Shown here: positions 29,493 through 40,902 of the stretch, piece by piece
Layout of the letters: each line of letters opens with the position of its first letter
How positions within the stretch are numbered: position 1 is the stretch's first letter
Source: an uncultured Oscillospiraceae bacterium
Lineage (GTDB): Bacteria; Bacillota; Clostridia; Oscillospirales; Oscillospiraceae
Direction: 5' to 3'
Length of the DNA: 64,000 nucleotides
Assembly (NCBI GenBank): GCA_947632175.1
Contig: CANROC010000014.1
Span: 25,918 to 89,917 of the forward strand
The notes under the pieces: model-generated
Databases searched by the model: none
Told to the model about the DNA's origin: nothing
What the model saw: the letters and a program-made list of their open reading frames with translations, nothing else
Program-made: the position numbers and the translations under genes

Positions 29493-29906
29493 ATGGCGAG
29501 CTTCATGCTGCGGATCGTCACCCCCGACGGGCTCATGTTCTCCGGTGAAGCCCAAAGCCTCACCGTCCGGACCGTGGAGGGGGACGTGGGGATCCTGCCC
29601 AACCACATCAATTTCCTCACCGCCCTCGGCATGGGCGAGGCCAAGATCGTCGCCGGCGGCCAGACCCGCCGCGCCGCCTGCATCGGCGGGATGCTCTCCG
29701 TCCGGGACAACGAGGTAAACCTGGTCCCCACCACCTTCGAGTGGGCGGACGACATCGATCTTCCCCGCGCCCAGCACGCCCGCGAGGCCGCCGAGGAGCG
29801 CCTAAGTCACCGCGCCGACCTCTCCTCCCAGGAGATTGCCATCGCCGAAGCCAAGCTCAAACGCGCCCTCGTCCGCTCCGGCGTCGCCGGCCGAAAAAAT
29901 ATCTGA
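29493..29906 (+). CDS. atpC: F0F1 ATP synthase subunit epsilon
   Basis: 137 aa, last gene of the operon. Confidence 0.92.
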   Translation: MASFMLRIVTPDGLMFSGEAQSLTVRTVEGDVGILPNHINFLTALGMGEAKIVAGGQTRRAACIGGMLSVRDNEVNLVPTTFEWADDIDLPRAQHAREAAEERLSHRADLSSQEIAIAEAKLKRALVRSGVAGRKNI

Positions 29907-29913
29907 CCCCCCC

Positions 29914-29943
29914 AACGCACGGCCAACGCCGTGCGTTTTTTTC
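29914..29943 (+). terminator. atp operon terminator
   Basis: aacgcacggcc-aa-cgccgtgcgtt followed by ttttt. Confidence 0.8.
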
Positions 29944-29945
29944 TT

Positions 29946-30215
29946 TCTTCGCTGTGCGTATTATACCACAAATCGAACGATTTGTCAAGTATTTTTTAGT
30001 ATTCGTAAGCAAAAATATGTAGTGGTCGCCGTCCCCGGCGGCCCCTACGGCGTTGATGGAACGTAATTTGGAAAATGTAGGGGCGGACCCATGTGTCCGC
30101 CCGTCCCCCGTCCCCGCCGCGCGGGCAAATTTAAAAAATGCGCCGCGAAGCGGCGCATCCTTTTTAAGCCCCCTCCTCGCAGGGCGGGACAGGGGGCAGC
30201 GAAAGGGGGGAATGA
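29946..30215. repeat. repeat cluster including promoter-bearing module copy a (minus strand)
   Basis: Minus strand TTGACA (29983-29988), 17 nt spacer, TATAAT (29960-29965), next to hairpin units gtggtcgccgtccccggcggccc and gtaggggcggacccatgtgtccgccc. Confidence 0.65.
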
Positions 30216-31658
30216 TCAGGCGGCACCGATGTCGCGGATCAGGGCGAGGAAGAGGGGGGTGTGAGTGGCGGTGTCTATGACCATGCAGAGAAAGGGGCGG
30301 TCCAGGGTAAGGCAGGGCTCCAGCACCGTGTCCTTTGTCTCCACGGCGGTGACGGCGGCTGCGCGGGTGCCGTCCTCGGCCACCTCCAGAAGCGTCTTAT
30401 GGAGGACCCGGGAGATGAAGACGTTCCCGGCGTCGCTATAACCGAGGCCGGAGAGGTCCGCAAGGGCGGGCTCAAAGGCCCTGACCATGCCCATGGCCGT
30501 CAGCGCCTCCCGCAGGTCCGACTCCCCCTCTACGGTGAACTTGGGGATGCCGCAGGTCACCCAGGACGCCTCGAAATCCTCGATCCCGTCCGCCTCCCCG
30601 GCCCCCGCCAGGAGCGCCCGGAGCTGCTCCCCGGTGAGGGAGGCCAGGAGCTCCTCCACCGTCACGCCCTCGTCGGGCAGGAGGGCGGCGAAGGCGAAGC
30701 CGTTTTCGTAGTTTTTGAGAAAGCCCGAGACGTTCTCCCCGGTGAAGAAGCCGTCCGGCCTGCTGAACATCATGGAGACGGTCCGCCGGGCGCCGTCCTC
30801 GGCGGTGAAGACGCGGTTCTCGACCCTTTCCACAACGTGATAGCGTCCCCTCTCCCACCTGGCCTCAAAGGCCAGGGCGTTCAAAAGGACCATCACGTCG
30901 TCCCGGGGGAGCTCGTCTAAAATCTCCGGGATCATGCCGTGCGTGCGGTCGCCGGCCCAGGCGTTGATGTCCCGGAGGGTGGCGTCGTCAAATGCCTCGG
31001 CGTGGATGGCGGCACAGTAGGTGTCCGCGTTTTTCTGAAGAAAATCGGGCTGGGCGTGGAAGCGGCTGTCCCGGTTGAGCCAGATGGCGTTGGCGACGCT
31101 CACCGCCTCCCCCGGAAGGCTCTCCCCGTAGGCCCGGAGGTACGCGCCCAGGGTCTCCGGGTCCCGGCCGAGAACGGCGGTCATCTCCTGAAGCGTCTCC
31201 CCCCGCGCCCCCAGGGCCGTCATGCCCAGGGCCGAGAGGACCGAGTAGGGGGAGATGAGCACGTTCCCGCCGGTGTCGCACGCCCGCAAAAGCCGCAGGC
31301 CGAAGTCCGCCGTCAGGGCGGCGTTCTCCGCCGTCAGCGTCCCGGGATCCGTGGGGACGCGGGCGCTCAGGCCCGCCATCAGATCCCCGGCGGCCAGGGG
31401 CAGCGCGGGACCTTGAGAGGGCGGCGTGTGAGCGGCGTCGGTGTCCGTGGGCGAGGCCGTGCCGGGGGTCGTATCCTCCACCGGTCCCGGCTCCCCGCCC
31501 CGGAGGACCGGCCACAGGCCCACCGCCAGCGCCAGGACCGCCGCCGCGGCCGCGATCCTGGGCCAGACCTTTTTCCGTTTCGGCGGGGCGGTAAAGGCCT
31601 CCGCCGCGAAGCTTTCGTCCAGATTTCCGATCTTATCGGCAAGCTGTCTGTCGTTCAT
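30216..31658 (-). CDS. membrane-anchored serpin (short cytoplasmic N-tail, one TM, Pro/Thr linker, serpin domain)
   Basis: Serpin core (..NVLISPYSVLSALGMTALGARGETLQEM..). Inhibitory-type hinge EDGTRAAAVTAV before the C-terminal LDRPFLCMVID. TM segment IAAAAAVLALAVGLWPVL. Confidence 0.85.
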   Translation of the reverse strand: MNDRQLADKIGNLDESFAAEAFTAPPKRKKVWPRIAAAAAVLALAVGLWPVLRGGEPGPVEDTTPGTASPTDTDAAHTPPSQGPALPLAAGDLMAGLSARVPTDPGTLTAENAALTADFGLRLLRACDTGGNVLISPYSVLSALGMTALGARGETLQEMTAVLGRDPETLGAYLRAYGESLPGEAVSVANAIWLNRDSRFHAQPDFLQKNADTYCAAIHAEAFDDATLRDINAWAGDRTHGMIPEILDELPRDDVMVLLNALAFEARWERGRYHVVERVENRVFTAEDGARRTVSMMFSRPDGFFTGENVSGFLKNYENGFAFAALLPDEGVTVEELLASLTGEQLRALLAGAGEADGIEDFEASWVTCGIPKFTVEGESDLREALTAMGMVRAFEPALADLSGLGYSDAGNVFISRVLHKTLLEVAEDGTRAAAVTAVETKDTVLEPCLTLDRPFLCMVIDTATHTPLFLALIRDIGAA

Positions 31659-32212
31659 ATGGGTATATCCTCCTTTTCCAGCGTCTCCCGCAGCTCCCGG
31701 CGCATCCGGTAGAGGATGCCGGTGACCTTGGAGACTGAAAATCCCGTTTCCCGGGCGATGAGGGCGATGGGGTCGAAGCGCCAGTAGCGCCGCAGGAAGA
31801 TGTGGCGCTTCAGGGGGCTCTGGGCGCGGAGGAAGTCCTCGATCACCTGCTCCGTCCGGCGTCCCTCCAACAGCGTCTCAGGTGTGCACGGCCCCGAAAC
31901 GCATTCGGAAAGCTCCTCCAGGGACTGGGTCACGGCGCTTCCCCGGCGCTGGGCGTTGAGGCGGTCGTAGAGCTTCAGCGCCGCCTTGCGCGTCAACGCG
32001 CAGACGAAGGCCCGCAGGGACCGGGGCTCCGTGGGCGGAATGGCGTTCCAGACCCCCAGGTAGGCGTCCTGCACCGCCTCCTCCCGGTCCTCCGCCACCG
32101 CCAGGATATTCCCCGCCACCGCCCGGCACAGCGCCCCATATTTGCGGTCCGTCTCCGCGACAGCCCGCTCGTCCCTGGCCACATACAGCGCCACGATCTC
32201 CCGATCCTCCAT
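31655..32212 (-). CDS. ECF-type RNA polymerase sigma-70 family factor
   Basis: 185 aa with region 2 (..AVQDAYLGVW..) and region 4 HTH (..IARETGFSVSKVTGILYRMRRELR). Its stop overlaps the serpin start (ATGA). Confidence 0.88.
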   Translation of the reverse strand: MEDREIVALYVARDERAVAETDRKYGALCRAVAGNILAVAEDREEAVQDAYLGVWNAIPPTEPRSLRAFVCALTRKAALKLYDRLNAQRRGSAVTQSLEELSECVSGPCTPETLLEGRRTEQVIEDFLRAQSPLKRHIFLRRYWRFDPIALIARETGFSVSKVTGILYRMRRELRETLEKEDIPI

Positions 32213-32428
32213 CGGATCACCTCCCTACCCAATAAGTACGGAAACAGACGAAAATCTCACAAAAAAATTAAAATTTAAAATAATAAAATATTTTTCGCGG
32301 GGCTTTGCCTCGCGAAAAATCCCTCTTGTCGCCCAAGTGTGCCGCCTCCGGCGGCGCGCGCAGGGCGACGGCAGAAGATAAGGCCGTGAATTCCGCAGAA
32401 TTCACGGCCTTATCTTCGCACGTTCCCC

Positions 32429-32460
32429 TTTAAAAATTAAAGGCGGCAACGCCGCCTTTA
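32429..32460 (-). terminator. ferredoxin terminator
   Basis: ttaaaggcggc-gtt-gccgcctttaa followed by ttttt on the minus strand. Confidence 0.75.
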
Positions 32461-32464
32461 ATTT

Positions 32465-32635
32465 TTATGCCTCTTCGATGGCGCCCACCGGGCACTCGCC
32501 CTCGCAGGCTCCGCAGTCGATGCAGACATCGGGATCGACGACGTGCTGGCCGTCGCCCTCGGCGATGGCGCCCACCGGGCAGACAGCCTCGCAGGCTCCG
32601 CAGTTGACGCAAGCGTCGGTAACTTTTCTGGCCAT
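32465..32635 (-). CDS. 2x[4Fe-4S] clostridial-type ferredoxin
   Basis: Two CxxCxxCxxxCP motifs. ATG 32635 lies 8 nt after GGAGG; the track start at 32650 is a TTG inside the RBS. Confidence 0.92.
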   Translation of the reverse strand: MARKVTDACVNCGACEAVCPVGAIAEGDGQHVVDPDVCIDCGACEGECPVGAIEEA

Positions 32636-32882
32636 AGTATGTACCTCCAATCATATTTTTCCAAAACCCGACAGGGCCGCGCCCCGTCAAGGACATTGTA
32701 ACACGTCTTTCGGAAAAATCAAATAGATTTTTTGCGAATTGCGGGGATTTTTTGGCGATTTTTACAATTTTGGCCTTTTGACCGTTTTCCACGGTCAAAA
32801 GCTTGAAAATCGAAGAGATTCATTGAAACTCTTTGAAATTCAAAGAAAATAGGCCGCTATTTCATGGTCAGTGAACGTCAAA

Positions 32883-32962
32883 GGTCAGAAAAGGTCAAAA
32901 TCAACCTTGCGCATCCGGCGGTCCGGCGGTATACTAAGCGCGTAAGGTCAAAGAAAGTCAAA
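32883..32962 (+). promoter_or_regulatory. ctsR promoter flanked by two CtsR operators
   Basis: GGTCAGAaaaGGTCAAA (32883-32899) and GGTCAAAgaaAGTCAAA (32946-32962) bracket TTGCGC, 17 nt spacer, TATACT (32907-32935). They match the tandem heptad CtsR box. Confidence 0.8.
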
Positions 32963-32981
32963 GTCAAAGGAGGCGTCAACG

Positions 32982-33428
32982 ATGGGGATCTCCGATGTGA
33001 TCGCGGACTTCATCAACGAGCTTTTGGAGGACCAGCCCACCGCGGAGGTCCAGCGCGCGGAGCTGGCCAGCCGCTTCAACTGCGTGCCCAGCCAGATAAA
33101 CTACGTCATCGCCACCCGCTTCTCCCCGGAGCGGGGCTACCAGGTGGAGAGCCGCCGGGGCGGCGGCGGGTACATCCGCATCCGCCGGCTCATGCCGGAC
33201 CCGCAGCTGCTGCTGATGCACACGGTGAACGCCCTGGGCGACCGGGTGGATCAGCGCACGGCGGCGGCGCTCTTACAAAACTGCGTCTCCGCCGGGGTCA
33301 TGAGCGAGGCCGCCGCGAAGCTCATGCTCTCCGCCGTGTCCGATCAGGCCCTGCGGCCCGCCGCCCCCGAGGGACGGGATATCCTGCGGGCGTCGATCCT
33401 CAAGCAGATGCTGCTACGCACCATGTAA
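32982..33428 (+). CDS. ctsR: class III stress-gene repressor CtsR
   Basis: ISDVIADFINELL...RFNCVPSQINYVIATRFSPERGYQVESRRGGGGYIRI is diagnostic. Confidence 0.95.
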   Translation: MGISDVIADFINELLEDQPTAEVQRAELASRFNCVPSQINYVIATRFSPERGYQVESRRGGGGYIRIRRLMPDPQLLLMHTVNALGDRVDQRTAAALLQNCVSAGVMSEAAAKLMLSAVSDQALRPAAPEGRDILRASILKQMLLRTM

Positions 33429-33474
33429 TTTCCAAAAATGTTTTGATTTCTTGTTTTGAAAGGAGAAATTCATT

Positions 33475-33975
33475 ATGAAATGCACCAACTGCGGCAAGAA
33501 TAATGCCATGTACCATTACTGCTTCGAGCTCAACGGCGAACGCCAGGAGGCGCACCTGTGCCCCGAGTGCGCCAAGAAGCTCCAGCCGGAGCGGGAGTTC
33601 GCCTCCAAAACCCAGGAGCTCTTCGGGGACATGTTCTCCGACGGCTTCTTCGGCGGGAGCCTCTTTGACCGCCGGCCCGCGCGGGGGCTGTTGGACGGCT
33701 TTTTCGGGCGGGACCCCTTTGAGGGGTTCTTCGGCGGGCCGATGCTCAGCCCCTTCGCCATGCTGGGGATGCCGAGGATCGAGATAAGCTTCCCCGACGC
33801 CGCCGAGCGCGCCCCGGAGCAGACGGAGGCCGCCGAGAAATCCGGCGTGGACCCGGAGCTTGCCAGAGCGCGTGAGCGCAACGCCCTCCGGGAGCAGATG
33901 AAGGCCGCCGCCGAGGCCGAGGACTACGAGAAGGCCGCCGAGCTGCGGGACCAATTGAAGAAGCTGGAAGGCTGA
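33475..33975 (+). CDS. UvrB/UvrC-motif (UVR) zinc-finger protein, McsA-like
   Basis: N-terminal CxxC...CxxC and C-terminal UVR motif EDYEKAAELRDQLKKLE. It lies between ctsR and clpC. No mcsB is present. Confidence 0.8.
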   Translation: MKCTNCGKNNAMYHYCFELNGERQEAHLCPECAKKLQPEREFASKTQELFGDMFSDGFFGGSLFDRRPARGLLDGFFGRDPFEGFFGGPMLSPFAMLGMPRIEISFPDAAERAPEQTEAAEKSGVDPELARARERNALREQMKAAAEAEDYEKAAELRDQLKKLEG

Positions 33976-33979
33976 CGGC

Positions 33980-34070
33980 ACAGAAACCATGACGGGGCGG
34001 GTCCCTGACCCGCCCTGCCTGACGGAGACAGTAGGGGCGGGTTCCAAACCCGCCCGTTTGACGGATAAAA
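33980..34070. repeat. two GC-rich hairpin units of the repeat family
   Basis: ggggcgggtccctgacccgccc and gtaggggcgggttccaaacccgccc. Confidence 0.55.
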
Positions 34071-34085
34071 TGGAGGTGCTTATAT

Positions 34086-36548
34086 ATGAAAAATGAGGAC
34101 CGTTTCACCGAACGCGCCAAGCGCGTCTTTGACCTGGCCCACGAGTCCGCCTCTCAGCTGGGGCACGGGTATGTGGGCAGCGAGCATATCCTGCTGGGCT
34201 TAGCCCGGGACGGCGGCGGGGCCGCCGCCAGGGTCCTGCGGGAGGCCGGCATGACCGAGGACCTCATCCGGACCAGCATCGAAAAGCTGGTGGGGCGCGG
34301 CGAGAGCGGCGACACCACCGTCCAGGGTCTGACGCCCCGGGCCAAGCGGATCATCGAGCTTGCCATGATGGACGCCGGACGCCTGGGCCACAACTACGTG
34401 GGCACGGAACACCTGCTCATGGGCATCCTCCGGGAGTCCGACAGCGTGGCCTACAACATCCTCACCGCCGCCGGGGCCGACCCCAACAGGCTTTACACCG
34501 AGCTTGTGAACATGTTTGACCCGGCCAACCGCCGGCGCGCCGCCGCCGGTCCCGCCGTGCGCCACCCGGAGACGAAGACCCTGGACCAGTTCTCCCGGGA
34601 CCTGACGGTCATGGCCTCCCAGGGCCGGCTGGACCCGGTGATCGGCCGGGAACGGGAGGTTCAGCGGGTCATCCAGATTCTCTCCCGCCGGACGAAGAAT
34701 AACCCGGTGCTCATCGGCGAGCCCGGCGTGGGCAAGACGGCTATCGCCGAGGGGCTGGCGCAGAAGATCGTCTCCGGCGACGTGCCGGAGGACCTGCGGG
34801 GCAAGCGTGTGGTGTCCCTGGACCTCACCGGCATGGTGGCCGGCACCAAGTACCGGGGCGATTTTGAGGAGCGCATCAAGAGCGCCCTCGAGGAGGTCAA
34901 GAAAGCCGGGGACGTGATCCTCTTCATCGACGAGCTCCACACCATCGTGGGCGCCGGCGCGGCGGAGGGGGCCATCGACGCCTCTAACATCTTAAAGCCC
35001 GCTCTCTCCCGGGGCGAGATCCAGGCCATCGGCGCCACTACCCTCAACGAGTACCGCCGGTACATCGAAAAAGACGCGGCCCTGGAGCGCCGGTTCCAGC
35101 CGGTGCAGGTGGACGAGCCCACGGAGGAGGAGTCCGTGGAGATTTTGAAGGGCCTGCGGGATAAGTACGAGGCCCACCACAAGCTGAAGATCACCGACGA
35201 GGCCATCGAGGCCGCCGTCAAAATGAGCACGCGGTATATCAACGACCGCTACCTCCCGGACAAGGCCATCGACCTTGTGGACGAGGCCGCGTCCCGTGTG
35301 CGGATGGAGGACCTGAAGCTCCCGCCGGACTTAAAGACGCTGGAGAGCGAGGCCGCCGCCCTCAGCGCCGAGAAAGAGGCCGCCGTCCAGAACCAGGACT
35401 TTGAGAAGGCCGCCAAGCTCCGGGACGCCGAGCGCGTCAAGCGCGGGGACATCGAGGCCCTGCGGAAAAAGTGGAGCGAGGGGAAGCTGGGCAGCGGCAA
35501 GCAGGTGCTGGCGGAGGACATCGCCAAGGTGGTCTCCGGCTGGACGGGCATCCCCGTCACCACCCTCACCGAGGACGAGGGGGCGAGGCTTTTGCGCATG
35601 GAGGAGATCCTGCACCGGCGTGTGGTGGGCCAGAACGAGGCCGTCTCCGCCGTGGCCAAGGCCATAAGGCGGGGCCGTGTGGGCCTCAAGGACCCCAAGC
35701 GGCCCATCGGCTCCTTCCTCTTCCTGGGCCCCACGGGCGTGGGCAAGACCGAGCTGTGCCGCGCCCTGGCGGAGGCCATGTTCGGCGACGAGAACGCCAT
35801 GGTCCGGGTGGACATGTCCGAATATATGGAAAAGCACACCGTCTCCAAGCTCATCGGCTCCCCTCCGGGATACGTGGGCTTTGAGGAGGGCGGCCAGCTC
35901 ACCGAGAAAGTCCGCCGGCATCCCTACTGCGTGGTGCTCTTCGACGAGATCGAGAAGGCCCACGAGGACGTCTTCAACATCATGCTCCAGATCATGGAGG
36001 ACGGGCGGCTCACCGACTCCCAGGGCCGGCGGGTGGATTTTCGCAACACCGTCATCGTCATGACCTCCAACGTGGGCGCGCGGAACATCACCGAGCGGGC
36101 CAAGACCCTGGGCTTCGCCGCCGACAGCGCCGACAGCGCCGTCATGAGCGACGAGCGCATCCGCGAGGCCGTTATGGGGGACCTCAAACGGACCTTCAAG
36201 CCGGAATTTCTCAACCGCATCGACGAGACCATCGTCTTCCACCAGCTCACAAAGCCGGAGATCAGCGCCATCGCGGACAACATGCTCGCCGCCATTGCCA
36301 AGCGCGTGGAGGCCATGGGCCTTACGCTGGAGGTCACCGACGAGGCCGCGGACAAGCTTGCCGAGCAGGGCTTCGACCCGGCCTACGGCGCCCGCCCCCT
36401 GCGCCGGAAGCTCCAGTCAGCCGTAGAGGACGCCATCGCCGAAAAGCTCCTGGACAACACTCTCAAGCCCGGCGACACCGCGCTGGTGGAGCTCACAGAC
36501 GGCCGGATCGCCGTCACCGCCAAGTCCCCCGCCGCCGCAACCGCATAA
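34086..36548 (+). CDS. clpC: ATP-dependent Clp protease ATP-binding subunit ClpC
   Basis: Clp_N repeats, two AAA+ modules ([16 protein letters not shown]) and a UVR linker. Confidence 0.96.
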   Translation: MKNEDRFTERAKRVFDLAHESASQLGHGYVGSEHILLGLARDGGGAAARVLREAGMTEDLIRTSIEKLVGRGESGDTTVQGLTPRAKRIIELAMMDAGRLGHNYVGTEHLLMGILRESDSVAYNILTAAGADPNRLYTELVNMFDPANRRRAAAGPAVRHPETKTLDQFSRDLTVMASQGRLDPVIGREREVQRVIQILSRRTKNNPVLIGEPGVGKTAIAEGLAQKIVSGDVPEDLRGKRVVSLDLTGMVAGTKYRGDFEERIKSALEEVKKAGDVILFIDELHTIVGAGAAEGAIDASNILKPALSRGEIQAIGATTLNEYRRYIEKDAALERRFQPVQVDEPTEEESVEILKGLRDKYEAHHKLKITDEAIEAAVKMSTRYINDRYLPDKAIDLVDEAASRVRMEDLKLPPDLKTLESEAAALSAEKEAAVQNQDFEKAAKLRDAERVKRGDIEALRKKWSEGKLGSGKQVLAEDIAKVVSGWTGIPVTTLTEDEGARLLRMEEILHRRVVGQNEAVSAVAKAIRRGRVGLKDPKRPIGSFLFLGPTGVGKTELCRALAEAMFGDENAMVRVDMSEYMEKHTVSKLIGSPPGYVGFEEGGQLTEKVRRHPYCVVLFDEIEKAHEDVFNIMLQIMEDGRLTDSQGRRVDFRNTVIVMTSNVGARNITERAKTLGFAADSADSAVMSDERIREAVMGDLKRTFKPEFLNRIDETIVFHQLTKPEISAIADNMLAAIAKRVEAMGLTLEVTDEAADKLAEQGFDPAYGARPLRRKLQSAVEDAIAEKLLDNTLKPGDTALVELTDGRIAVTAKSPAAATA

Positions 36549-36860
36549 CAAACCAAGGGCTGCCTCCGGGCGGCCCTTGACAGGTTGTCAAAAAACTCAA
36601 ATCGAGCATTTTTTCCGGCGGCATGTACGTCGGAAAAAATACCTTTTGTTTTGCGGAGTGTGCGGCCCCAAAGGGGCCGTGCGCGGAGCAAAACGGCAGA
36701 AAAAGATTTCGGAAATGTCCGCGGACATTTCCAAAATCTTTTTCGCACGTTCCCCTTTGTCGGAAAAGGCCGCAGGCCTTTTTCGACAGGCTGCCAAGGG
36801 CCGCCTCCGGGCGGCCCTTGAGCCTTTTCCCGACAAGGGGGAACACGCGGAAAAAACCTG
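36549..36860. repeat. composite repeat region downstream of clpC
   Basis: The hairpin ccaagggcNgcctccgggcggcccttg occurs twice (36553-36580 and 36793-36821). Between the copies, 36603-36753 is an inverted copy (a few mismatches) of 59516-59666. Confidence 0.7.
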
Positions 36861-36880
36861 AAATTTTTCCTGCATACGAC

Positions 36881-36909
36881 TTGAAATATTGGCGGCGCGC
36901 TGATATAAT
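36881..36909 (+). promoter_or_regulatory. ppdK promoter
   Basis: TTGAAA, 17 nt spacer, TATAAT. Confidence 0.6.
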
Positions 36910-36971
36910 ATTACCGGTTTTTTGCGAGACAAAAAATTTTTAAAATTTTTATACGAGGAAGGATCACACAA

Positions 36972-39608
<2,637 letters not shown>

Positions 39609-39640
39609 GCCGGAAAAGGTTCGCAAAAGGAATCACAAGA

Positions 39641-39672
39641 AGCGGGTACGCCGAGGCGTACCCGCTTTCTTG
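39641..39672 (+). terminator. ppdK terminator
   Basis: agcgggtacgcc-ga-ggcgtacccgct followed by ttctt. Confidence 0.7.
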
Positions 39673-39723
39673 AGAATGTACTGGAAGTGTTGCGCACCGT
39701 AAAGTCAATAGGGAGGGAAAGAA

Positions 39724-39960
39724 ATGTTTAAAAACCGACTCCGGGAGGCCCGGAAACGCGCCGGTTTGACGCAGGAGAAAATGGCGGACCTCATGGATAT
39801 TTCCCTCTACGGATACCAGAAATACGAGCTGGGCGAGTCCATGCCCACCATAGATAATCTTTTGAAGCTCTCCCACATCCTGGGCGTGACCACCGATTAC
39901 CTCCTTTGCAACGATGATGTAGGCAATAAGGGGACTGACGAATCGAGGGTTGAGGGATAG
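39724..39960 (+). CDS. XRE-family helix-turn-helix transcriptional regulator
   Basis: 78 aa, LREARKRAGLTQEKMADLMDISLYGYQKYELGES.P. Confidence 0.85.
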   Translation: MFKNRLREARKRAGLTQEKMADLMDISLYGYQKYELGESMPTIDNLLKLSHILGVTTDYLLCNDDVGNKGTDESRVEG

Positions 39961-39961
39961 A

Positions 39962-40305
39962 GCTCTATCGTCTAACCCTCGCTACCCCCCTGCCCTCCTC
40001 CTGCGAGGAGGGGCTTTTTAAAGGTTTGCGCCGCTATGCGGCGCAATTTTTTATAATAGCGGCGCAACCTTATTCCCCTTGACCCCTGTTTGGGAAAAAG
40101 GGGTGGCCCCGCAGGGCCGGGGTATTCGAGCCCGTTGAGCGTAACTGGGGCTGCCGGTGAACGAGACTTACTGCGTGCGGGCCGCCAAGAGAGGCGGCCC
40201 CTACAGGCGCGTCCGTTCCCTCCAGCCCCTCCCAGGTCGGGGACAGCCGCGCAGCGGCAGGGGTGGTTCCGAAAGCGCACCCAGCGGGGACCGTCTTGTC
40301 CCTCG
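39962..40305. repeat. cluster of GC-rich palindromic intergenic units
   Basis: Close relative of 830-1010 (ttgcgccgc..gcggcgcaattttt..gcaaccttattccc..aaaaaggggtg..ggggtattcgagcccgt..agcgtaac). Confidence 0.6.
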
Positions 40306-40311
40306 TTCGTC

Positions 40312-40686
40312 TCAGATATATTTTATCGCGTAATAAAGGACGTACACCCAGCCCATGAGGCCGTGGAGGATGGCCCAGCCGATGGAGTGCCAGTGGACGT
40401 AGGAGATGACGACGGCCAGGGCCGACCCTAAGAAGCCGCCCTTTTCCGCTGTGCCGCTGGTGATCTTGATGACCTTGCTTTTCGGCTTTTCCACCTCACC
40501 GTAAATAAGCTCCTCCACCGGCACCTCCAGCTCCCGCGCCAGCGCCCCCAGGGTGTCGATATCGGGCTCCGTTCTGCCGCGCTCCCAGTTGGAGACGGCC
40601 TGCCTCGTCACGTTGAGCCGCTCCGCCAGCCCGTCCTGGGTCATGCCTCGCTGTCCCCGCAGACGCTTGATGTTTTCTCCTACCAT
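40312..40686 (-). CDS. XRE-family HTH protein with C-terminal membrane segment
   Basis: Start is ATG 40686 after AAGGAGG (MVGENIKRLRGQRGMTQDGLAERLNVTRQAVSNWERG...). The hydrophobic C-terminus has 2 TM. Confidence 0.8.
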   Translation of the reverse strand: MVGENIKRLRGQRGMTQDGLAERLNVTRQAVSNWERGRTEPDIDTLGALARELEVPVEELIYGEVEKPKSKVIKITSGTAEKGGFLGSALAVVISYVHWHSIGWAILHGLMGWVYVLYYAIKYI

Positions 40687-40902
40687 GGATCCCGCCTCCT
40701 TGCTTCCATGGCAAAAAGGTACCACGGCGGAGGGGAAACTGTCAAGCAACAAGATGTTGCCCGGGCTTTTTGCGGAACAATCGTGCGAAAGGGCGGATAC
40801 TAGGTCCCCAATCACCGCACCTACAGCGAAGTTGACACCCATTTTCTTTGAAAGGACCTCCCCCACGAAGGTTCGCAGGTGGCATACAAAACAGTGTGTT
40901 GA

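Noticed and set aside
33475-36548. Missing mcsB between the McsA-like gene and clpC, as a possible deletion.
   Set aside because: The ctsR-UVR protein-clpC arrangement without an arginine kinase is common in Clostridia, and no pseudogene remnant is visible in the 110-bp spacer.
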